This document shows, piece by piece, positions 11,601 to 22,196 of a DNA stretch of 64,000 nt. Below the pieces are notes generated by a model. The model saw nothing but the letters and a program-made list of their open reading frames with translations. It had not been told where the DNA came from and searched no databases. The DNA is from Klebsormidium nitens (taxonomy: Eukaryota > Plantae > Klebsormidiophyceae), in assembly GCA_000708835.1 (NCBI GenBank), contig DF237128.1, positions 1 to 64,000 of the forward strand. The letters run 5' to 3'. Each line of letters opens with the position of its first letter. The stretch's first letter is position 1. A program made the translations under genes and the position numbers.

Positions 11601-13099
11601 TCATTCGATACCCCCAGCCGTGCGGTCTGCAGCCTCTTAATCTCGTTTTCGATGAGCCACGTTTGTCGTCCCACGTGACTTCGCAGGCCCTGGTGGACAT
11701 TGTCGGGCAGCTGCGGGTAGTAGCGGCCGCCCTGCTGGCCGGAGTCGCGCGGTGAGTACCTAAACCGGGCTCTCAGCGCTGCCTCTTGCCTGTCACTTGC
11801 GCCATTGAGTGAGCAAGGCACCTAGAGCTGTTCGCGGCTGCCGTTCTCTGCTCCACCCAGAAGTGCATCCACCACGGCATTTGGTTGGTACGAGAATCAT
11901 TTTGGAACGCCCTTTTTGGCTGGTCGCTGCCTCGGCAGCTCACGTGCTCGTTGGGTGTGCAGGCTGCTGCGCATCCGCGGCATGTTCTACAACCTGGCGG
12001 GAGAGCAGGTACGGACCACGAGCCTGCGCTGGACAGGCGGCCGAGCCGCTGGCCCAAAATTCACAGCGATCCTACTCGGATCAAGTCGTCCTTGCGGCAC
12101 TGTTCTGTGTGTCCCCCATACTCGTAAAGTCCCTGCTGACGGGCCGGTCCGTGGGGTATCATTTTGCTACAGCAGGGGCCCCGTTTCTTTTGCGTCTGAG
12201 TGAAAGTGGGAGCCCCGCACGTCCGGTCGCTGCGGCGTCATGTGCACTGCTGCCCCGTTGCTCGTGTCGCTGCAGGCCCGCCTGATTGATGACGTCAGCG
12301 GCACCCTGCCCCCGTACGACCAGTTCATCTGCCTGGGCCCGGTAAGCAGCCGTCTCCCGCCCGGCACTACGGCGGCCCCCCGGTAGGGCGCGCCATGCTG
12401 GGGTAAAGCTTGTCTGCTCTCGCTTCCGCTCTCGTTCGTGCTCTCTTGCTCGCTTGGATTCGCTGCGACGCGGGCGCCGTCGTGGTGAACCGATGCGAGC
12501 ACTCGCGCTGGTGGCAGGTGCGGCCGCAGCAGACGGTGGACGCGCTGCGCGAGCGGACGGGGGTCGAGGCGGCCATTGTGGACGTGAACGACCTGCGCAA
12601 GTGCCAGGTCCTCGCGGTAAGGGCGCCGCGCAAACGGACCCGCCTGCGCAAGACGCTCTGAAAGGTCCTGACTTGACTGAGCGAAAGGGTGTCCGATCGA
12701 CATGTATGTCTGTGAATTTTCTCCCTTGATTGGGTTTCGCTGGCTTCAAACATCGTGCCGGAAATTGTGAAGCGGGGGAGAACGCCTGTCTGCAGGCGTC
12801 CCGTGGAGTTGATCCTCAAGCGTTGGCGGCTGCACTGTTGGACAATCCAGCAGGTAAGAAGGACTACGCTGGTGTGCTCTGATCATTCTGCTGGCTGAGT
12901 AGTCTACGCTGAGCCCTCTTCCTAACTGCTCTTGTCCTCGCACCTTTGCCACGTCTCTTTTTGTCACGCGCATTTGCTTGGCCTCCTGTGCTGCAGCTCA
13001 CTGCTCATGCAGCTTGGATGGTGACACTAGGCCTCTTCATGTACAGGCAATGCGGACGAGCAGACACCTTTGGTGCTGGTCCGTATTGAGCCTCAATAA
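8630..13099 (+). CDS. Cyanobacterial-type F420-0:gamma-glutamyl ligase (CofE)-like protein with an N-terminal beta-rich domain of unknown function; true start upstream/unresolved (~8376-8630)
   Basis: At least 13 exons splice in frame: ...DLWLTQEVDRLTSMQ|RALPSDGLLLTRGKWSCERRTASDIVLVGTM|HFHNLSDRRELFIPELRAEATLLASDSLRNVITHTE|VVPRHTGKYAVSARPDGYWQAFILEAGKTTSIE|ARVSIRAPDEQTSLDFLQ|AVWFRVHYIAYGPHGRTPHTQHAILPLSFPQADTATPQWRK|AGPRAQVLPIRTHLLSHLDDPLAIFNR|YVLPHARPGDILALGETPLAIMQG|RFRHPSSLRLSWVALWACRLFHPTSSLATACGMQ|ALVDIVGQLRVVAAALLAGVAR|LLRIRGMFYNLAGEQ|ARLIDDVSGTLPPYDQFICLGP|VRPQQTVDALRERTGVEAAIVDVNDLRKCQVLA|ASRGVDPQALAAALLDNPAG|NADEQTPLVLVRIEPQ* (stop 13097-13099). This is colinear with recalled cyanobacterial proteins annotated as F420-0:gamma-glutamyl ligase. 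Confidence 0.88.
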
Positions 13100-14169
13100 G
13101 CAGGGGACTTGGGCTTGGGAACCAACTACCGTGGCTTCCACTTTCCCAAGAATCTTGTCCATCGTTGTCTGAAGCGCGGCAAATTTCGCTGTCAGTGTCT
13201 ATGCACCAAGCCTGATTCGAAGTGGCCGTTCAACTGTAAACCTGCCAATCACGGCTCAGAGTATGCCGGGGCAACAGACTGCGGAGTAAACCTGCTTTGT
13301 CTACTAACCTTCTTTTCATACTTTTCCGTCGGTTGGGCTAGAGATGATGGGCCTGGGTTTATGTATTTCTTGTTTTTGAAGCTTCGTAGCGGACCGCGTC
13401 TCCATGTTCCGTCCAAACGTTCCATTGTCGGGAATAATATCCATGCGTCCATGATTCTTTCGAGTGTCATGTCAGTACTTATATGAATTTGCGGCCGGGG
13501 CCAAGGCTCCGCGGTACAACCGATCGTCGTTACGGTGCTCCAATTGATGAGAGCCTGAGCAATTATATCAGGTATATAGTGTAGGAGCTAGACATATAAC
13601 ATGTGCGGAGCTCCGACAAGCGCATGTGCGGCTGCATTCAAGCGCCTCACGGTCACGCGCGGCCCTTCAATGTTTACGCATGGAGAAGACTCTCTCTTTA
13701 ATTATACACATTCGTAACCAGTCGAATCGATTGCATAGGTGCCGACCGTCTGATTCTTTGCACTAGGTTTCATGCGAAGCATTCGCAGGCGGCGCTGGCT
13801 GGTGCTAGCAACTGTCACTACCGTATTGCAGCAATTAGCAAAAGCTTTGTTTACAACAAAGGCTCACCAAGTCAACTTCAGACTGGCTGGCTGCAGTTCT
13901 AGTCCAACATGTGCATGCAGATTCAGCCTCCGATTCGTTCAAACATGCCAGGCCCATGAATCCAATCACAGAAAGCATCAATAACTGGCGGCACGTGGTC
14001 AACGATGTAGGTTAGCAAGCCATATGTGCAGTACCTTTTGAAGGCGGCATGGTGTTGTAGATCCCAACTAAGAATCCCTGCAAGCCAACTTTGTGAGTGG
14101 TTCGGAACAATACCTCGCACGTTGGGACTGCTTTACAAACCAGCTATAGCTAGCCAAACTCTTGAACAC

Positions 14170-17006
14170 CTACTTGTTCTTTTCAGCTGGCAACGGTCGA
14201 TTGAAACCTCCTGAAAAGGACAAAGGACAATAAAACCATCAGCAAAAGCAGAATATATAAGGAGTCTTGTTCACATGAACAATTCCTCTGCTGTTTTAAC
14301 ACTTCCAGTCAACGGGACCTCATTCGTTTTTCAAAGGAAAGAGCAGAGGCCGGACACAATCAATCCGCAAATGGTCGCATGTTCCGTTACCGAGTAAAAC
14401 ACCCAGACGAAAGGCTGTGGTTACGTGCACCCGACTCGAAAACGCACGCTAGAATCAAGCCAATGAGAGGCACTGATTATACTGCCCTACGAACCATTGG
14501 CATATAGGCTTCCATAACCCACGACATACGAACACGGGGATCGATTCAAATATCGATGCTTGATATTTGAGGGTGGTCTCGAAAAGCGAAAAGCAAGGAA
14601 CAATTAACAAGCATCCTCATACACTCGAAGCAGCTAACCGCCCTGAAGCAGCTGAACCCGAATGCTGTTGTGGAAGCAAAGCCGGGTCCCACGTACACCG
14701 TAAAGTCAAGTTACCAACAACACAGAAGTGCAAAGTAACGCTTCGTCCATCAAGAGCGGAGTAGCACCGCAGATACGGGACCTTGGAGCCTCCGATCAGC
14801 TGGCACCAACTAGAAATGGATTCGTGCCTAGTACCCTTGAAGATCCGTGAGAAGAGCTGCATACGCCGAGCTCGATATTTCCCGTGAGAACGTGGAGAAG
14901 TTGCTGCTTTTAGCTGCCACACGCCCTCGATGCATCGAGAGTATGGCGCAGAGAGGCAGCGTGCATTAGTAAGAGACTGCTCACCTTTCCGGTTCATAAA
15001 CTGTCGGGCCTGCCGCTTCGTTGTCACTTTTACCGCACTATGGTTGGCCCCTTCGACATACTTCCCCTGCAAGTTTCAGACGGGGATAGAAGCAGGTAGA
15101 TTCTCCTTCAAACCTCTCCAAACGAGATATCCATCAAGCAGTCCAAGCTGCTTTTTTGAATGAACAAGGTCCATAGTGACTGACTGTCGAGGAACTGCAA
15201 AATGCTTGGTGAAAAACACTCTCTATCACGTTTCCTGACATAGGTCGCAATAGCGATATGTGCTCGTGGCGATGGTCAGACTGCGCCTCCCGTGTAAGTT
15301 GGAAAATGCTTCTGTCCCGACAATGCAAAGTATCTTGCTCGATTCAGGACAGCCGCCAAAGGAAGGTAATACCCCGATTCTCAGACGCCGTTTGCACTTG
15401 CACAGAAGTCCCGGCATCCAAACGGACGAAGCTAACTGGCCAAACAGCATATCCTGCCTGATAATGTAACAAGCGCACCACGTACACTTTATGTAGACTC
15501 TTGCAAGTCATCTCCAAGAACCTTTCTCTCCACAGAAGCGGATTCGCTCCGCTCACCTTGGTGGTATCGAAGCCCCCCGGAAAGCCCATGAGCGCCATCA
15601 TCTGCGCCTCTTCCTGCAGTCTCCGCTCGACCTCTGCTTCTTGCGCGCTCTGCTCCCGAACCTCCTCGATAAAGCTCGCCACCTTGTCCCCCCCCCCAAT
15701 CTCAAACACGTCCTGAAAGTCGTACTCTTCCTCAGCCTGCGGCCTTTCCGTTTTCTTCCCCTTCGGCCCCTCCCCTCCCGCGCGCCTCTCCTCCTCCCCC
15801 CGCCGCCTCTCTCGCTCTTTCCGCTCTCGTTCTACGCGTTCCCTCTCCTCCGCCTCCCGCTCCAACCGATCCTGCTCTTTCTCTTCCCTCGTCTTTTTCA
15901 GGTCGACCGAGACACTCCTCCGCCGTGGTGGGGGCGAGTCTGAGCGCGATCGGGCGCGACGCTCGGGAGTTCGTGAGCGCCTTTTTCGTCCTGGAGATGC
16001 ATCCCGCCGTGGTCGGCGGTCCTTGTCCCGGTCAGTGTCCCGGTCCCTCCGACTGCTTCGCTCCTTCTCACGGTCTCTGCCGCGACCGTCATGGTCACGT
16101 ATCCGGTCTGCACAAAAATTACTGTCATTCAGCAGCTGTTCAAAGACCATCAAGTGCAGCCCTTCTGGATAAGGTTGGTGGTAAGTGATGTGTTTCCATT
16201 GGGTCTATCGCCACTAAGACCTTCTCTTAAGGTAAGCAACAGACCACGAAAGAGTGCAAGCAGAGACGGACATGTGAGAAGCTTGCGTCAGGAGTCCAGA
16301 TTTATCGCTTAACCCAGGAGTCCAGATTTATCGCTTAACCTCACTGAAGCACCCAACCCACGCAAACAAACTATGTCGTGCTCAAGTCTGGTGGCCTAGG
16401 ATCTCACAAACGCAATTTTTGGAACACTGGGAGCAATATAAATGAAGCCTGTCGGTCAGCTGCGGGTGCATTTTTCATAGTCCACCTGCAAATGCAGAAT
16501 CCCATGGGTGAACTGTTTCCGCTAAACAAGCCCCGGGTAATCAATCAAACAGAAAGCAGATGCACACTGCTTTGCTTGAGCGCTTGTTTCATAAGATTCA
16601 TCAACCACAGGAGGAATCGAGACCAGATCAGCCAATCGCACCTGGTTCATGTGAGTTTTTAAATAATAACCTGCACAATTTCACCACCACCTTTGTTCAT
16701 CACCACCATTGAACAAAAGAATCCCAATGAACGATCTCATCCAATGCTTACTCCCTCTCCTAAGACACTCTTGCATGGACCACATAATCAGCCCTCCCAA
16801 ACGTTGATCGGCAGGACCTCAGTCAACCCCAGTTTTTTCAGAGCTATCAAGCGTCCTCACAGTCTGTTAAACCATGCCAATCAAGCTTGTGGCTGCCTTG
16901 CGCTGCAACATGGCAAACCCTAATGCCAGCCGACACCATCAAAATCAAGCCAATAATTCAACTCACCTCTCCTAGGAGAGCGGGACCTTGAGCGGGAACG
17001 AGCCAT
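14170..17006 (-). CDS. SNRNP27: U4/U6.U5 tri-snRNP 27-kDa protein
   Basis: Exons: 16967-17006 MARSRSRSRSPRR(D); ~15555-16107 RS/RD/RE-rich region ending MMALMGFPGGFDTTK; ~14984-15068 GKYVEGANHSAVKVTTKRQARQFMNRK; 14170-14210 GGFNRPLPAEKNK*. The C-terminal GFDTTK...RQ.MNR.GGFNRPL motif is diagnostic. Confidence 0.95.
16289..16340. repeat. Perfect 26-bp tandem duplication in SNRNP27 intron 1
   Basis: caggagtccagatttatcgcttaacc repeated twice, directly adjacent. Confidence 0.95.
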
Positions 17007-17669
17007 CTCTCAGAGCTTCTCAAAGCTTTACAAGTGGGTGCAGATAACAGCCAGAACTTTTTCGTCCAAAGCAGCAGCTTCAGGCAGATGCCCTCGCCAG
17101 AATGCAAATTGCAGGCATGTAACTTTGATTCCAAAGGAGACGACCATCCAGTGGTAGTGACCCTTGCACTGCAACTCAGAGCCCAGCAACCACCGGCGTC
17201 TGCATGAACTTTCTGACCAGCAATCTTGGTTCAGTACTGTTTCAACAAGAGTCGTTGGGCAACCACACCGGCGCCACGCGCGTCTTTCTAGGATACTCTT
17301 CTATCTCAGTATCTGCTAGCCCCCCTGATTAGGGCGTTCTCCTTTCTCGGCTGTGGTGGCGAAGGATGAGCTGGATGAGTGCGCTGCTTTGCTTGAAGTT
17401 GAAGCCCTGAGGCTGAGGCGGGTGCCGTGACGACGTCACAACCCACGGAGAGCCAACGTGAACTTGGAAGTGACCCTCGGATGATCACCCTGGCCCTGAC
17501 ACCTGAGGCTGGGGCCCTTCACTGTCAGATTTGACAGCGCTTCTGCAATTGCATATTCGCATGGTTTTACATATATAAGCGGACAGCTGAACACGTGATT
17601 GAGCACATCACAATGATCACATACCTACCTGCCTACCTTTCCCCCTGCTTCTGAAAGCATCAGGAATAC

Positions 17670-17933
17670 CCGTACCGGCAAGGGAATTCAAGTTTTATTA
17701 ACTATTTTGGGGTCAGTGTGAAAACAATAAAACTAAAGGTCACCCCGACTGTGAAAAGGTGATTCCAACATTTTCTGGAAATCATATCATTTCGGGCTGT
17801 TTAGAGTGTGGCAAAAGGAAAAAAAACCGCTTGTGTGAAATGAATATATAATGTCAACGCGCCCGGTGAAACCTCAGGACGAACGAAATTGAATTTTCAC
17901 ACCAAAAGGTGGTGAATTCCCTTGCCGGTACGG
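17670..17933. mobile_element. MITE-like non-autonomous DNA transposon (possibly Tc1/mariner-type)
   Basis: Perfect 21-bp terminal inverted repeats: ccgtaccggcaagggaattca (17670-17690) and tgaattcccttgccggtacgg (17913-17933). The interior is AT-rich and non-coding. TA flanks the right end (17934-5), and TA plus one extra C flanks the left end (17667-9). Confidence 0.75.
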
Positions 17934-18424
17934 TAGTTGGACGTGTAACAATACCGCAGGCAATACACAGTGACATATGTAGCTAGACAATTGAGCTAGA
18001 GTTGGGAAAAATCTGCATAGGTACTCAGCTATCACTTTCAGGCCAGGGCTTCGCTTCGCAAGTCTTCTCGAGCCTTCAAGTTCAATCGACAGGGCTGGCT
18101 GGCTTGATACTTCGATTCAACATTTTTGTCCGCATTTGGAGAGGGTCCTTCGCCTCGAGCCTGGGGTTTCAAAGTAGGCTTTCATGCAGCCAGTCCCAGG
18201 AATCTAGACATCTGTGTTCTCAAGCTATGGGCTGCTTTGCGCTCAAGGGCAAGCCCTGTTAAGTCATCGCCCATGTAATCGACCAGGACGTAGAGCCAGA
18301 AGAGTGGGCAGAGGTATACGAGGCTTTGCAAAGCACGCATGTTGGTCGCAAGCAGGCTCCGCAGAGGGGAAGAGAAGGTTTGCAGGGCCTCTTTCCCAGG
18401 GGACAGTCACTTAAATACCAGGCC

Positions 18425-21400
18425 ATGAGACAAGAGGTCACGGAATGGGCCAATGATGATGTCGCCACGGAGCAATTGGGGATGCATGAGGGGCGCGAAA
18501 GTCCAAACATTAGGGCCGGGAGGACTGGGGCTTCAGAGTCAGGCATACAGCTGCTCCTCTTGAGTGCACGACGGGGTCTCAAAAGGAAAGGGTAAGCAGA
18601 ATTTTATCCCCACTCCTTTTGGCACATGCCCTATGGCTGAGCATTCGTACCTTGTTTGCATGCTTCCTGCATGCCGGTGCGGCTGGTGCAGATGATCATC
18701 ATGCTACCAAGCAGAATGCAAGAGCGGGCTCAGACTGATGCTCTTTTTGGTATTGTCTGATCATTACGTTGCATTCTTTTCACTCATCTTCTCACCAAGC
18801 AGAGAGAAAGATGGGGTGCAAAACGAGAGGTTTGAATCCCCCGTGATCATATCTTGCGAATCAGCCCCAGCATTGGTTTCATTCCAGCAACACTTTTTCA
18901 GCTCACTTGACTTCCGTGCTGCTCCTTTCTTAGGGAGCTGGAGGTGTTCAACTGCGATTCCCCCGAAGCTGACCCCCTTTTGGAGCTCGAGAGTTTTAGC
19001 TGGAACAAGGCTCTAGGCCTGCGATTGCGCAGCACCAAGTCGGGCAAGCTCCTGATGACGCTGGTGCCGATTCAGCGGCCAACGGGCTCCCTGCCCGTGG
19101 ACCTGCCCCAGGAGTGCCGCCTGCCAGGGATCGACAGCGAACAGCTGGAAAACACCTGGGAGCTTTGCAGGTGAGACTCTCAGTCTCTTGCCTTCCAAGA
19201 GATCTACCTGCACCTCAAATGCATGAGTGACTGCCATAGTATCGTCTGTCTCCCAAACTTCGAGTTTGGGGGAGTGCCCTCATGTGATGTTGTTTTGATG
19301 GTTTTCTTGGCTCTTGAATCCGGTGTCTTCTTTTGCCCTGTCCCTGTCTTTGTTACAAAGTTGATGGTGTTTACAGAAGATTTACTTCACTCTGAGAGTT
19401 GCTGCTGCTGTTTAGACTCCATGACCTGGGTGCCACCTCTCCAGTCCGGAAAATTGCGATTTTTTGCTCTGCGCAACTTCTGATATTTTTCTGGAGGCTA
19501 GGCGTGCCTTGGTAAATAGATCTGATGTCATGCACAGGGCTGGCCTCTTACAGCTGTCTGCATCAAATCTACCGCAATCTAAGTTTGTCTTTGAATGTCT
19601 CAGGTTGCTACCGTGCTAGGCCCTTAGCTTCTTCTGCTGAAAGAGTCCTTAGAATGAAAAGGTTTCTTTTCACCTTTTTACACTTCCGACCATTTTGGAT
19701 TGGCCCCTTCTCTTCAATTGCATGAGAGTAAGGAACCAAAGGTGCCAGTACTCCTAACTTGCAGGCAGGCAACAGCGTCCACACCCCACTGCCCAAGTTT
19801 TCTTGTCCGAGAATATAAGACAAACCTCAGGGTTTTTGGCCTTTGTCTTTCTCTCTGTCCGCTTGCCCTTTCCCTCGGAAGTGATAACGGTTCCCGGGCC
19901 CAGCACATCGCTGCATCATTGATGCGGGTCATCTTTGATAGCATTCAGAGTGCCTTCGAATCAAGCCTTCCCACCCTCTGACGAGTTCCTTAACCACTAA
20001 CTATCAGCCCCTCCCTTTTGGACAGAGTTTTTGACGCTTTTACCCCACCCTGATCATCTAAGAAGAAGCTTCACACTTTCTCTTCTTTCCCCCTTCTCGT
20101 CCGGCGCACTTGCCCATGCCTTAACTTACGCTTCGTGTCTTGCCAGAGTCTATGCCGACGGCCGGGTTGTGGCCTCCCTCCGCTGCTCCCCCCAGCCGAA
20201 CTGCCCCCCCCGCTCCTGCTGGCATGACTTAGGTCACCCGCTGAGGCTTCGGCGGCGGCCTTGCCGCCAGAGCTTCCGTCTCTGGGTCGCTGCTGCGGGG
20301 GCCGTCGAAGCTGCCTGCTCTCGGTGCGCCAGCTTCAAAACGGACGACTCCAGCGGCCACGAGCTGACATGGGCGCTGAGCCGGGGTCTGGGCGTGTCGG
20401 TGACGCTGCGCGCTTCTGAAGATGCGCCGCGCAACGTGAGAGAAGAACTCGGAAGCCGCAAGGAGTCGGGTGTTCGGAAGGACGTGGCGGAGTATTGGGA
20501 AGAGGTTGCAAGTGCGCGGAAACGGTGGGAGACGGGGCAGGCGAACGAGAATAGGGAGACTGGGGGGGACGGGGAGGCAGTGCGGGCAGCTGATGGGGGA
20601 GCATCTTCAACGGAGACTGACAAAGAAACTGAGGTCAAAGGCGTGGTTGAGCGGGATCAGGACACTTTACCGAGTAGGACAGAACATACCAGAGAGCGGA
20701 ATGGTGTGGACTCAAGAGTCAGCGATGCGGAGCCGTCAGGGAGAGGCCTGGGAGAGAGCATGGGGATAGAGTCAAAGAATGGCGGCACTGGCCCATCGGG
20801 AAGGGACCCGGAGGTTTCCGGAGCGGTTGCACGTGCAGACGCATGGGGGCACGTTCCTCAGCGGTCACTAGAGAGCGTCGACGAGTTTTTTGAGTGCGAG
20901 AGCAGGCGGTACTCCGAGAGCGGCTCGGAAGCGAGCGTTCGCGACATGGATGTAGGGGCCGGACGGCCCTCGTCAAAGAGCCTGAGCGGCATTGGGGGCC
21001 AGGGCTGGACTGCGAGACCCGAATCGGCTAACGGGCGTCAGCCGCACTCAACCGGAGCGTCGCATGATTGTAGCAGGAGCGTCGAGTGTTTTCGAGGGGG
21101 CGTTTTCCGAGAAGAGGGACAGTCAGGGAGCAGCAAGACTTGCCAGACAGACGCGCATCAAGCGGATGCCACCTGTCGGAGGGGAGACGAGGTTGCAGAG
21201 CCGCCTTTGAGGAGATTGGGAATACTGGAGTCATTCCTCTCGAGTTCGATGGGGAGCCGTCAGGAGTCTGGGATGAACGATCTCGAGCGACCGCTGCTCC
21301 CTTACCGGTCGTCGGGCCTGCAATACGACCCTGCTTCGGATATTCGGGCGTTGCATCCCCAGGGTTCGTTAGTTCCCTCGGGGTTCAACACGTCAGCAAT

Positions 21401-21635
21401 GGTGCCGTTGTCGGCAGAGCTGGCACAGGCCCCGGTTGGCAAAACGGAGATAGTTTTCAGTGACGTAAGCGGCGGCGCGCGGTCGGGGGAGTCCGTGATT
21501 GCGTCAGCAAGAAGTTCGGGTTTTGCTTGTAGGAAACGGCTCAATCTGAGAGTGTCAGCGACGTGCCCCGCTGATACCTTGGCACTGACCATGCTCGCAC
21601 ATTATCTGTGGGAGGTGGTGGACGTAGGGAGCTAG
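18425..21635 (+). CDS. Protein of unknown function with a long disordered S/G/E/R-rich insert; possible split Tubby-C/LURP-like fold
   Basis: Phase-compatible exons ~18425-18591 (...RRGLKRKG|gtaagc), 18934-19170 (ELEVFNCDSPEADPLLELESFSWNKALGLRLRSTKSGKLLMTLVP...WELCR) and 20147-21635 (VYADGRVVASLRC...LNLRVSATCPADTLALTMLAHYLWEVVDVGS*). The start ATG is uncertain and the fold guess is weak. Confidence 0.7.
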
Positions 21636-22155
21636 TGCACTGGCCGGTATGTGTACATGGCGGTGTAAGATTTATTACCAGGTACCTTGCATCCTACTAA
21701 ATGAAGAGAGATCACCACAAGACGGTACAGTTCGATTCATATCGAAAGCACTCGAATTGTGATCAAACAATCGTGCTCAGCAGTAGTTGTGTGTATGTTA
21801 GCAACTACGCTGTACATACGGATAGCATGGGTAGAGTTGATTTTTCACGTTGCATTCAACCAACGTTTGTTTGCGCTCGCTGGGCGGTCCGTATTGCAAT
21901 TAGCTGCCCCCTTAAAGTTTGCGACCGACATTCTATGCAGATAGAGATGATTATCAACGTGGCATTCGTTGTTAGGACTCGCGTTTGCCATGCTCCGGCT
22001 TAAAACTACATTGATCGATTGCAATTAGAAATGTTTCATGGGCCCGACCATCATACATAGGCTGTGCCATTGCAGCCTTGCATGATCCCTTCATGTGTAT
22101 AGGTGGTGAGTGAGTCCCTAGATTCTCCTCTATCTACCATACCAGTCGCTTAGGT

Positions 22156-22196
22156 TTCACTACTTCATATGCAATGTTCACTACTTCATATGCAAT
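22156..22196. repeat. 21-bp tandem duplication, intergenic
   Basis: ttcactacttcatatgcaat(g) repeated twice. Confidence 0.9.

Noticed and set aside
8630-13099. Reading the N-terminal domain and the CofE-like domain as two genes or a bacterial operon/contaminant
   Set aside because: The exons join in frame across a phase-compatible intron, and the many spliceosomal introns exclude a prokaryotic contig.
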